32,000 bases of DNA from an uncultured Desulfomonile sp. (GTDB taxonomy: Bacteria; Desulfobacterota; Desulfomonilia; Desulfomonilales; Desulfomonilaceae): the NCBI GenBank assembly GCA_903952205.1, contig CAJBEZ010000064.1, forward strand, positions 1 through 32,000. Reading direction: 5' to 3'. A program made the position numbers and the translations under genes. Positions 17,821 to 26,902 of this stretch are shown here, one piece after another. Position 1 is the stretch's first letter, and each line of letters starts with the position of its first letter. The notes under the pieces are model-generated. The model did no database searches. It was not told the DNA's origin and worked only from the letters and a program-made list of their open reading frames with translations.

Positions 17821-20409
17821 TCAGGCCAAACTTGTGGAGACTAATTCGGTAATATCAAGCACCTTTATCTTCCCCAACTTTTCTTTTCTCGCCCTGGCAG
17901 CCGCCTGATTAAAAGTGCCCTTACAGGAAGGACAACCGGAAATTATCGCGTCCGCTCCCAGGTCTATAGCTGAAAGAAGCCTTTTGTAACCGATGTCCGA
18001 AGCCATCTGGTTATCGAAACCCTTCATTCCGCCTCCACCCCCACAACATTTTGCAAGGGCCCTGTTGAGAGGAAATTCCATTAATTCTATTCCCGGTATT
18101 GATTTAAGAATATTTCTGGGGGGCTCATAGACACCCATGTGTCGACCCATATCACAGGGGTCATGATAGACAACCTTCAGAGGTTTGATGTCATCTTTGA
18201 ATTTCAATCGATTCTGACTGATTAGTTTCTCTATCAGTTCAACCGCATGAGTTACGGAATAACCATTAAGCGCGCCATAATGACTGTAAAGATCTCTAAA
18301 GGTTTTCAGGCAACCTGCGCAAGTAGTTAGAAGATCTTTAGGTTTGTATTTTGCGATAGTTTCAGAATAAAGATTCATGGATTTCTTGAACGTATCCATA
18401 TCACCCACAAGGTAGGCTAGATACCCGCAGCAACTTTCTTCCTCCCCCAAAGCTCCATAGTTGACGCCCGCTTTTTCCAGGATCTCTATGATTGAAGGAA
18501 TAATTCTAATGTCCTGAAAGCTTGTTACACAGCCAAAGTGAAGAAGAACCTCCGTCTCGCCCGGCACAGCTTTTCTGAAATTCGTTGGATAACTGTCGGC
18601 CCTCTTTTCTTTGGGGGCCATCAGCGGATTCAAAGAGTCTATCATCGAAGATAGCGCCGGCTTGAAGGACTCCGGAAGAAAACCATGACCGACCAGCCGT
18701 TCCCTGGCGCTGCGGATAATGTCCGAGACATTGACTTGCGCTGGGCACACTGATTTGCAATTCAAACAGAGCATGCACTGATATAGTCGATTGGCAAGTT
18801 CTTTAGACGGTTCCATCTTGCCGGTCAGCATATTGAATGCAAGAGTGACTCTTCCTTTTGCGTTAAGCGATTCAAGCGTGGATTCGGCGAAAGTGGGACA
18901 TCCCGCTCTACAGAAACCACATTGAATGCATGCGATGATCTCATTGTCTATGCCCTCCGGAAATTTCTGCAATGTTTCCGGAGCCTTCAAATAAGGATCA
19001 AAGCAGTTCTCATCAAGAATGTCTTTGATCGAGTCATCAAAACCCATTTTTCCCGGATTGAGTATATTGTTGGGGTCCAGCGCATTTTTGATCATCTTCA
19101 TAACATTAATGGATTCCCCCAACTGCTTTCCTATATAAGGGGATTTTGCCATTCCGATTCCATGCTCTGCGGAAACAGTTCCGCCCATCCTTAATGTCAT
19201 GTCGATGAATTCGAGCGCTATTCCTTTAACCTTTTTCCACTGTTCAGGTTCCGTAGGATTCATTATAAACGTAGCGTGCAGGTTCCCATCTCCGATGTGT
19301 CCGAAAGTGGCCACGGGGAACCCGTATTTCTCTCCAATTTTCTGAATTTCAGAAATCGTTTCCGGAATACGACTCATCGGGACTCCAAAGTCCTCGACCA
19401 GAGGCACAAGTCGAAATCCCGGCTGAAGCCTGCTCATGGCTGGCACAAGGCCTCCACGAGCGGCAAACAATTTGGCCTTTTCAACTGGATTGTCCGACCA
19501 AATATTTTCAATACCGCCCACGGATTTACAAATTTTATCTATTTTTTCAATCTGTTCCCTGACTGCGCCTTTAGGACCATCTAATCCCATGAAAAGCTGA
19601 CAGTTCACATCTTTCGGAATGTCCATCTTGAGTGATTTTCGAGCGACATCCAAACAAACATTGTCAAGAATTTCACACGTGGCCAGTTCTAATCCGGACG
19701 TGAAGATTTTCTCCACGGCCTGTCCCGCTGCTTCTACATTTGGAAAGGACGCTTTTGCGAAAGCCTCATACTCAGGCATCGGAAGTATCTTCATGGTGGC
19801 CTCGGTTATGATTCCGAGAGTTCCTTCCGAACTGGCGAACAAGTGGGTGAGGTCATATCCGGCGGTCGTCTTAGGAGCCAGATCGCCCGTTTTTATGACT
19901 GTTCCATCTGCAAGGACCACCTTGAGACATCTGACATAATGTTTCGTCGTGCCATATTTGGCCGCTCTGACACCACTGGCGTTTGTAGCTATCATGCCGC
20001 CTATCGTGGCAATGGCTGCGCTTCCAGGGTCAGGTGGGAAAAAGTGGGTAGGAGCCAATTTGGCGTTTAGCGCGTTGCAGATCACCCCTGGCTGGATAAT
20101 GGCATAACCGTCAGCCTTATTAATTTCAAGAACGGAGTTCATTCTAGTGAAATCTAGAACTACTCCACCCTTTATGGGTAACACCGCTCCGGTTACAGAA
20201 GACCCGGTACCTCTAGCCACGACTGGAATTTTATCCTGGTTGGCTTGTTTAACAATCTTGCTGACTTGTTCTGTATTTGTAACAAAAACAATAGCCTGAG
20301 GAACTCCAGCATGGATGGACATGTCTCTCGAATAAGCTAGACAATCGATATGAGAGGTAGTCACATTCTCCGGACCGACAATTTGACTCAACCGATCAAA
20401 AAAAACCAT
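17821..20409 (-). CDS. FAD-linked oxidase (GlcD/D-lactate dehydrogenase-like) fused to a 2x[4Fe-4S] and double CCG-domain (GlcF/HdrD-like) module
   Basis: The 862-aa ORF has an N-terminal FAD_binding_4/GlcD-like half. Two CxxCxxCxxxCP motifs follow (CIQCGFCRAGCP, CMLCLNCKSVCP). Two cysteine-rich CCG motifs are present (SCCGY, KCCGGGGG). An AGGAGA SD precedes the start. Confidence 0.88.
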   Translation of the reverse strand: MVFFDRLSQIVGPENVTTSHIDCLAYSRDMSIHAGVPQAIVFVTNTEQVSKIVKQANQDKIPVVARGTGSSVTGAVLPIKGGVVLDFTRMNSVLEINKADGYAIIQPGVICNALNAKLAPTHFFPPDPGSAAIATIGGMIATNASGVRAAKYGTTKHYVRCLKVVLADGTVIKTGDLAPKTTAGYDLTHLFASSEGTLGIITEATMKILPMPEYEAFAKASFPNVEAAGQAVEKIFTSGLELATCEILDNVCLDVARKSLKMDIPKDVNCQLFMGLDGPKGAVREQIEKIDKICKSVGGIENIWSDNPVEKAKLFAARGGLVPAMSRLQPGFRLVPLVEDFGVPMSRIPETISEIQKIGEKYGFPVATFGHIGDGNLHATFIMNPTEPEQWKKVKGIALEFIDMTLRMGGTVSAEHGIGMAKSPYIGKQLGESINVMKMIKNALDPNNILNPGKMGFDDSIKDILDENCFDPYLKAPETLQKFPEGIDNEIIACIQCGFCRAGCPTFAESTLESLNAKGRVTLAFNMLTGKMEPSKELANRLYQCMLCLNCKSVCPAQVNVSDIIRSARERLVGHGFLPESFKPALSSMIDSLNPLMAPKEKRADSYPTNFRKAVPGETEVLLHFGCVTSFQDIRIIPSIIEILEKAGVNYGALGEEESCCGYLAYLVGDMDTFKKSMNLYSETIAKYKPKDLLTTCAGCLKTFRDLYSHYGALNGYSVTHAVELIEKLISQNRLKFKDDIKPLKVVYHDPCDMGRHMGVYEPPRNILKSIPGIELMEFPLNRALAKCCGGGGGMKGFDNQMASDIGYKRLLSAIDLGADAIISGCPSCKGTFNQAAARARKEKLGKIKVLDITELVSTSLA

Positions 20410-20486
20410 TTTGCGTCTTCTCCTGACGGTTATATTTTAACAGCATTTTATAGTTTAGCTTAAATCAAATGGTTGAAGGTGTCAAA

Positions 20487-20512
20487 CCGAATGCCACGGC
20501 CGAATGCCACGG
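20487..20512. repeat. Tandem 13-nt direct repeat (ccgaatgccacgg x2)
   Basis: The repeat was read directly. The two copies are perfect and adjacent. It lies 78-103 nt upstream of the oxidoreductase start codon on the minus strand. Confidence 0.9.
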
Positions 20513-20763
20513 CTCGACTTGTAGGCCAAAGTTGGCTGTTTGTTTATATTAAAGGTATTGATTACGGTAGTTTTTGTCAGACAAAGGTAGAGTTAAGGCA
20601 TCATTAAAGTCGGACACATTAATTCTATTATAAGTATCATTCGTTCATTTGGCGGAACATATTGATTGTATGTACCAGTGATTTTCAGGTCCGTTTTAAC
20701 GCTTTTTTTATTGGGACTCGTTTTAATTCAAGCGCTAACTTTTTTTGCTCATATTGGGATGCT

Positions 20764-20791
20764 TTACATTGATTAATGCGTATGATATTAA
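20764..20791 (+). promoter_or_regulatory. Candidate extended -10 promoter for rpsO-pnp
   Basis: TTACAT lies at 20764-20769. A 16-nt spacer ending in TGa follows, then TATTAA at 20786-20791. The element is about 50 nt upstream of the rpsO start. Confidence 0.4.
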
Positions 20792-20843
20792 TTTTTGATT
20801 AACTTTGTGAACCTACAAAAACTGTACAAGAGGAGATGAGAAA

Positions 20844-21113
20844 TTGGCGTTCCAGAGTGAGAAAAAGGCATCAATCATAGAGAAATTCAGAATACACTCT
20901 TCGGACACTGGCTCTCCAGAAGTTCAAATAGCACTGCTGAGTGAAAGAATCGGATATTTGACCGAACATTTCAAAGTCCACAAAAAAGACCACCATTCAA
21001 GAAGGGGACTGTTGAAGCTGGTAGGTCAGAGACGCCGTTTGCTGGATTATTTGAAATCAAAGAATGTTGACAGATATAAAACTATTATAACGGAACTAGG
21101 TATAAGGAAATAA
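20844..21113 (+). CDS. rpsO: 30S ribosomal protein S15
   Basis: The 89-aa ORF carries [16 protein letters not shown]...[16 protein letters not shown] motifs typical of S15. The TTG start lies 7 nt after AGGAGA. Confidence 0.95.
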   Translation: MAFQSEKKASIIEKFRIHSSDTGSPEVQIALLSERIGYLTEHFKVHKKDHHSRRGLLKLVGQRRRLLDYLKSKNVDRYKTIITELGIRK

Positions 21114-21169
21114 ACGGTGTCTTGCCTGTAATACGGTTTTGGACATGCGCCTGTATTTAGTAAATTTTT

Positions 21170-23278
21170 ATGAGAGGACCAAAAAACGATATGGCGCACA
21201 GGACTTCTTGTACTGTGTCAGGAAAGGAAATAATTTTTGAAACAGGTCGCCTGGCTAAACAGGCTTCTGGTTCAATCCTTGTCCAGACCGGTGAAACTTT
21301 AGTTTTAGTGACTGCTGTTGCAGAGAAGCAAGGCAGAGAAGGTATTGATTTCTTTCCCCTGACGGTAGATTACCTCGAAATGACTTACGCCGCCGGGAAA
21401 ATCCCGGGGGGATTTTTCAAACGGGAAGGTAGGCCGACTGAAAAAGAAATACTTACTGCTAGATTTATTGATAGGCCAATTAGACCTCTTTTCCCCGATG
21501 GATTCGTTTCAGAGACCCAGATAATCGCCACGGTTTTATCATCCGATGGAGATTTTGAGCCTGACATGATGGCCATCAATGGCGCTTCAGCCGCCCTTCA
21601 TATATCGGACATCCCATTCAATGGACCCATTGGCGCTGTCAGAATAGGTCGGGTAGAGGGTAATTTTGTCGTTAACCCCACGCCATTAGAAGAGACTTAT
21701 TCGGACCTGAACCTCATTGTTGTCGGGTCCCGCAATGGAATCGTCATGGTTGAAGGCGGAGCTGAAAGGGTTTCAGAACAGGTTATAGTAGACGCCATTT
21801 ATAGGGCCTATGAGGATGTTCTGAACATAGTGGAGGCCCAGGAAAAGCTTCGAGAATTGGTAGGTAAACCTAAGCGTCGAGTGACACCCAAATCCAAAGA
21901 CGAAGAACTCTTTGATAGAATCAAGTCAGACTGGAGCGGCAGAGTCGAGGAAGCCCTCAATATCCATGCCAAACTGGAACGTCGTGAAGCGCTGAACCTT
22001 ATAGAACTGGAAGCGTTGGAGTCCCTGGGAGATGATTATCAGGTAAGGCGTTCCGAAATCCTGTCTTTCTTCGAGGAGATAGAGCGACAACTGATCCGCA
22101 AGATGATACTTGAAAAGAATGTAAGGATTGGCGGAAGAAGTTTTACTCAAGTTCGTAACATTGACTGTGAAGTTGGGGTTCTACCGAGGACTCACGGAAG
22201 CGCGCTGTTCACTCGAGGAGAAACCCAGGCTTTAGTCATAGCAACCTTGGGGACCTCATCAGATGAGCAGAAGGTTGAAGCTCTGGACGGATCAAGCTAC
22301 AAATCCTTCATGCTTCATTACAAATTCCCTCCATTCTCGGTTGGTGAAGTCAAATTTCTGCGTGGACCATCTCGCCGTGAGGTTGGTCATGGCGCTCTTG
22401 CCGAGAGAGCAATAGCCTATCTGCTGCCTAATGATGAAGATTTTCCATATACCATACGTGTCGTGTCAGAAATTTTGGAATCCAACGGATCTTCATCCAT
22501 GGCGTCCGTATGCGGAGCGTCCCTGTCATTGATGGACGCCGGAGTTCCTCTGGCTGAGTCGGTTGCTGGAATCGCAATGGGACTTTTCCAGGAAGGCGAC
22601 AAAATAGCCATCCTCTCAGACATAATCGGTGACGAGGATCATCATGGTGACATGGATTTTAAGGTTGCCGGGACGCTCCAAGGTGTAACAGCCCTTCAGA
22701 TGGACATAAAAATTCAGGGTATTACACGTGAAGTGCTTTCACAGGCGCTTTTTCAGGCAAAGCAAGGAAGAGAACATATCCTCGGAGAAATGAGCAAGGC
22801 TCTGACTGAACCACGAAAGGAAGTTTCTCCGTACGCTCCACGCATCTACGTAATTTTCATCAACCCCGATAGAATCCGAGACATCATCGGGCCGGGTGGC
22901 AAAATAATTAGAGCCATCCAGGAGGAAACCGGGACAAAAATTGAGGTTGATGATACCGGTAAGGTAATTATCGCTTCCGTTGACGTCGTAGGGGCCGAAG
23001 AAGCCAAAAAAGCAATCGAGAGCCTTACTCAGCAGGCTGAAGTAGGAAAATTGTACGAGGGCACTGTCCGAAAAATCACCGATTTTGGTGCGTTTGTTGA
23101 AATTTTTCCCGGAACCGATGGCCTCGTTCACATATCTCAATTAGCCAACGAGCGCGTCCGAAAAGTTACGGATGTTGTAAAAGAAGGCGAAACAGTAATG
23201 GTCAAAGTGATCGGAATTGACGGTCAAGGAAAGATAAAGCTGTCTCGTAAAGACGCTCTTGACGAAACTTCAAATTAA
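21170..23278 (+). CDS. pnp: Polyribonucleotide nucleotidyltransferase (PNPase)
   Basis: The 702-aa ORF has two RNase PH-like domains (ETGRLAKQA; GSSSMASVCG), followed by a KH domain (GPGGKIIRAI) and an S1 domain (GAFVEI...GLVHISQL). The true start may be the ATG at 21191. Confidence 0.96.
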   Translation: MRGPKNDMAHRTSCTVSGKEIIFETGRLAKQASGSILVQTGETLVLVTAVAEKQGREGIDFFPLTVDYLEMTYAAGKIPGGFFKREGRPTEKEILTARFIDRPIRPLFPDGFVSETQIIATVLSSDGDFEPDMMAINGASAALHISDIPFNGPIGAVRIGRVEGNFVVNPTPLEETYSDLNLIVVGSRNGIVMVEGGAERVSEQVIVDAIYRAYEDVLNIVEAQEKLRELVGKPKRRVTPKSKDEELFDRIKSDWSGRVEEALNIHAKLERREALNLIELEALESLGDDYQVRRSEILSFFEEIERQLIRKMILEKNVRIGGRSFTQVRNIDCEVGVLPRTHGSALFTRGETQALVIATLGTSSDEQKVEALDGSSYKSFMLHYKFPPFSVGEVKFLRGPSRREVGHGALAERAIAYLLPNDEDFPYTIRVVSEILESNGSSSMASVCGASLSLMDAGVPLAESVAGIAMGLFQEGDKIAILSDIIGDEDHHGDMDFKVAGTLQGVTALQMDIKIQGITREVLSQALFQAKQGREHILGEMSKALTEPRKEVSPYAPRIYVIFINPDRIRDIIGPGGKIIRAIQEETGTKIEVDDTGKVIIASVDVVGAEEAKKAIESLTQQAEVGKLYEGTVRKITDFGAFVEIFPGTDGLVHISQLANERVRKVTDVVKEGETVMVKVIGIDGQGKIKLSRKDALDETSN

Positions 23279-23334
23279 TAATCGTTTCAGGAATTCAAGT
23301 TCATAGAAAGAGAAAGCCGCTGAAAAAAATTTAT

Positions 23335-24600
23335 ATGCCTGACCAGACTTTCCGAAAAACTGTTCTGGATAACGGGGTAAGAATACTCACCGAAGAGTTG
23401 CCTTATCTCAAATCGGCTTCAATCGGCATTTGGGTTCGTTCAGGATCCAGGTTTGAGCCTGAAAGTCTGAATGGTATGAGTCACTTCCTCGAGCATATGC
23501 TGTTTAAGGGGACAAACAAAAGGGATGTTCTTCAGCTAGCCAAGGAGATTGACGCTGTTGGTGGCGCTTTGAACGCCTATACCAGTAAAGAACTGACTTC
23601 TTTTTACTGTAAGGTCCTTAGTGAAAACCTGGGTATCGCATCTGAGTTGTTGACGGATATATATTTGAACTCATGCTTTCCGGAAGAGGAAATTGAAAGG
23701 GAAAAACAGGTAGTTTATCAGGAAATTTATCAAATGGAAGACACACCTGAAGACTTGGTAAATGAGCTTTTTTACAGCCGCCTCTGGTCTGGGGATCCTT
23801 TTGGCAGCCCCATAATGGGGTCTGCTGAAAATGTCAGATCTTTCGATCGTAATAAGGTTGTTGCTTTCAAGACCGACAATTATACCCCCGCTGATACGAT
23901 AGTATGCGCAGTCGGCAAATTAGACCATGACAGATTTGTCGATATGATAAGACCTGAAATGGAATGCCTGAAGAACGGCTCATCGGCCAAAGTTCAGGTA
24001 AGGCCTAAGGCAGTATCCGGCGTTGAAATTCATCCAAAATCTTCCGAACAGATCCATTTTTGCTTCGGGACAGAGGGGCCCAGTTCAAAGGATAAGGATC
24101 GTCATGCGGCTTATCTGTACAATACGATACTTGGCGGGGGCATGAGTTCAAGGCTTTTTCAGGAAGTAAGAGAAAAAAGAGGTCTTGCCTATAATATTTA
24201 TTCCTTCTTTTCAAGTTATTCCGATACAGGGACTATCGGTGTAGGAGCCTGTACTGAGCCGAACATGTTTGAAGAACTGCTGGATGTAGTTGGTAAGGAA
24301 ACAATGCGTATGCCTGATTCTATTACTTCAGATGAGTTTCAGGCCGCAAAAAACTATATTCGAGGCAACCTGATTCTGGCAAATGAATCCTCTGATTCTC
24401 GAATGAGCCGACTGGCCAAAGGGGAAATTTATTATGGAGATTACGTGTCACTGGATGAGATAATCGATGATATTCAAGGCGTGACCTTTGAGCAAACCAG
24501 AGACTTCGCTTCCAGCTTGAACAATTCTCAAAACTTCACAGCCTCGGTCATAGGTCCTGTGTCTCCTTCGTTCGATATTAAAAGTCATTTTGGCCGTTAG
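23335..24600 (+). CDS. M16-family zinc peptidase (insulinase-like)
   Basis: The 421-aa ORF has the inverted zinc motif HFLEHMLFKGT (HxxEH) and a downstream NAYTSKE region. Its position after pnp is common in bacteria. Confidence 0.88.
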   Translation: MPDQTFRKTVLDNGVRILTEELPYLKSASIGIWVRSGSRFEPESLNGMSHFLEHMLFKGTNKRDVLQLAKEIDAVGGALNAYTSKELTSFYCKVLSENLGIASELLTDIYLNSCFPEEEIEREKQVVYQEIYQMEDTPEDLVNELFYSRLWSGDPFGSPIMGSAENVRSFDRNKVVAFKTDNYTPADTIVCAVGKLDHDRFVDMIRPEMECLKNGSSAKVQVRPKAVSGVEIHPKSSEQIHFCFGTEGPSSKDKDRHAAYLYNTILGGGMSSRLFQEVREKRGLAYNIYSFFSSYSDTGTIGVGACTEPNMFEELLDVVGKETMRMPDSITSDEFQAAKNYIRGNLILANESSDSRMSRLAKGEIYYGDYVSLDEIIDDIQGVTFEQTRDFASSLNNSQNFTASVIGPVSPSFDIKSHFGR

Positions 24601-24639
24601 TTTACTCCCCTTTTAACATTCCTGTCATAACGTTCTTTT

Positions 24640-25818
24640 TTACTGATATTGGAGAAGCCGCGTCGCCTGTTTTTCCAGTGGAGGTTTTCGTCTGATTTCT
24701 ACTCGTTTGCGAGAAGTGTCAATAAGTATCGACAAGTTCTTTAAGCTGCCCGCTCCCAAAAGGTTAAAGCTTTTCTTGGTCTTTCGGTCCATTGTCTGAA
24801 CCTGAATTGGTCCGAGATGCATTTGATAAAGAAAAGCGTTTTCAACATAATACTTGGTTACTGGTAACGTTGAACCATCCGCCAGGTGAACCATTCCTTT
24901 ACCGATTTCTTTAACATTTGTTTCACGAGTCAATTCTTTGAGAAGGGATTTGTCGATCAGACTGTGAGTAGCTCCGGTGTCAAGCAGAAAGCGGCGCGTA
25001 CGCCCATTCTTGCTGAATTTCAATTGAACAAAGATTTGGCCTTCATCATTGACTTTAGTTACGATACAATTTTCGTCGATTTTCTCAAAATCGATCTCGT
25101 CCAGCACGGAATTCACAAGACGCTGACTTTGCCTGTCCGGTTCCATGGACATTGCCATTTCACTATCACTGCGCGCCTGCTCAACCCTGTCGGTCCTCAG
25201 ATTGGCTACGGCCCTCGCAGCGTAGTTAAAGCTGCTCTTAGGATCATATTTAATGGCTGTGTCGAAATCTGATATCGCCTTTCCGTATGCCCCAAGGTTA
25301 AGGAGGGTTATTCCGCGATTCGATAGAGTGACGGATCTAAGGGATTTGTTTTCATGAGGAACTTGTATAGCCTGATTCAAATCTTCCAGGGCTCGTGATA
25401 GTTTACCCTGTTTAAGATTCAGTAAAGCTCTAAGATTAATGCATGAGGCCAGCGTTTCGCCCGACAGGCCTTCATGGCTTAGGACCTGGTTCAGATCATG
25501 AGAAGCGCTTTTTAAGTCGCCTTTTTCGTAATAGGCCTGCGCTCGGGCTAGTAAGGCTGTGTGTGAGAACTCATTATTGAGCGCCAACGATCCCAACGCT
25601 TTGGAAAGAGACTGAATGGCCCCCTGATAGTCACCTGATTTGAGGAGATTTTTTGCGTCTTCGAAGAACTGCTCAGGCTGTTCCAATGCGCATGACACAT
25701 GGGGAACTAATGCGCATAGCGCGCAAAAGACTGAAACAAACACTGGAATTCGAAAATTGGCGACTGGCACCTGACACATCCGGCAGCGCTGAAATGGCTG
25801 ATTAGATAGAATAACCAA
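24640..25818 (-). CDS. TPR-repeat protein with a C-terminal retropepsin-like (clan AA) aspartic protease domain
   Basis: The N terminus is signal-like (MCQVPVANFRIPVFVSVFCALCALVPHVSCA from the ATG at 25779). TPR-like repeats are present (AQAYYEKGDLKSA, GAYGKAISDFDTAIKYDP). The C-terminal FLLDTGATHSLID carries the DTG(A/S) aspartyl-protease signature. The ORF-track TTG start at 25818 has no SD. Confidence 0.75.
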   Translation of the reverse strand: MVILSNQPFQRCRMCQVPVANFRIPVFVSVFCALCALVPHVSCALEQPEQFFEDAKNLLKSGDYQGAIQSLSKALGSLALNNEFSHTALLARAQAYYEKGDLKSASHDLNQVLSHEGLSGETLASCINLRALLNLKQGKLSRALEDLNQAIQVPHENKSLRSVTLSNRGITLLNLGAYGKAISDFDTAIKYDPKSSFNYAARAVANLRTDRVEQARSDSEMAMSMEPDRQSQRLVNSVLDEIDFEKIDENCIVTKVNDEGQIFVQLKFSKNGRTRRFLLDTGATHSLIDKSLLKELTRETNVKEIGKGMVHLADGSTLPVTKYYVENAFLYQMHLGPIQVQTMDRKTKKSFNLLGAGSLKNLSILIDTSRKRVEIRRKPPLEKQATRLLQYQ

Positions 25819-25915
25819 GCTAAGGAGTTAATTATAACATGATTATAAATATTATCAATCATTGCATTATAAATTAATTATATCTGATTGTTTTAGCTCA
25901 TTTAATTAGTATAGA

Positions 25916-26242
25916 TCATTTACTGAACAGCTTGAGTCGGTAACTATAGACAATTTTCGCCAACCACCCAATTGCAACCAGAAATCCTATGATGCCTATC
26001 AGAACGCTGATGTTAGCTATGGATTGCGGTAACCGATCATGAAGTAGATCCTGCAGCAATTCAATTAATTTGCTAAATGGATAAATCAATACAAGAAAGG
26101 CTATCGCTTTGTCCAGAAATGTGGACGTAGGTTCATCGTCCTCTTCAGAAACCGCCGCGGCGCATGGTTCCTGATTCGCATTGTCTTTCTCAACTTCCTC
26201 AACTCGTTTATTGGGACTATGTGGCTGATTTTTCTGATTCAT
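25916..26242 (-). CDS. Hypothetical small membrane protein
   Basis: The 108-aa ORF has an acidic N-terminal tail and two hydrophobic helices (AIAFLVLIYPF..., ISVLIGIIGFLVAIGWLA). No recognisable family. Confidence 0.5.
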   Translation of the reverse strand: MNQKNQPHSPNKRVEEVEKDNANQEPCAAAVSEEDDEPTSTFLDKAIAFLVLIYPFSKLIELLQDLLHDRLPQSIANISVLIGIIGFLVAIGWLAKIVYSYRLKLFSK

Positions 26243-26331
26243 TTGTAAGCTTTCAGATCTGAGTCATTAATTTGAAATTAACTTTTGGATTTTAACACAA
26301 TCAGGGGAAGAACAGCCACTGATTATGTCTT

Positions 26332-26844
26332 TCAAGTTCGCCGGTGAAGCTCCTTAAACCAGTCAAGAATCTCTTGTAATTCCGCCAGTTCACGGCCCGA
26401 AAATTTTCTCACGAACGTCAGGACTTGCTGTGAAAGCCAGAAACGCTCTTCCCTGGTAGCCTTATGGGCAACATTCATAAAATCCTGCAACAATAGAGCT
26501 ATCACATTAACCTGATCTATTATGGAGTCAGCGACAACCGCATCTAGTTTTCTCTGCCTGGCCTCCACAATGGTCACGACCTTGGCTACACTGTTGTGGT
26601 CCTTATTTGGAGACAGGCATTCGTTCCTCAAGATTAAGGCTGCGGTCTCTTCTGACAGCCTGAACCCCCTTTTCAATTCCGGGACCTCAAATGGAGGGTA
26701 AATATCCTTTAAGTGAGCCCCACTCCTAACATCATAAAGCTCAAAAGAAATATCTGATGGTTCAGCATTCTCCTCCTCACGAGTTTTTACCAATATTGCG
26801 CCTTCTCGAATCAGATAGAAATTGTAATGTTTGGATACGTCCAT
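26332..26844 (-). CDS. Hypothetical protein
   Basis: The 170-aa ORF starts at an ATG, is divergent from smc, and looks coding-like in composition. I recognise no motifs. Confidence 0.55.
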   Translation of the reverse strand: MDVSKHYNFYLIREGAILVKTREEENAEPSDISFELYDVRSGAHLKDIYPPFEVPELKRGFRLSEETAALILRNECLSPNKDHNSVAKVVTIVEARQRKLDAVVADSIIDQVNVIALLLQDFMNVAHKATREERFWLSQQVLTFVRKFSGRELAELQEILDWFKELHRRT

Positions 26845-26902
26845 GAATAATACTATAATACATTTTTTTATTAAGTTGAGCGGTCAAAGCGGAAAATAGT
26901 TT

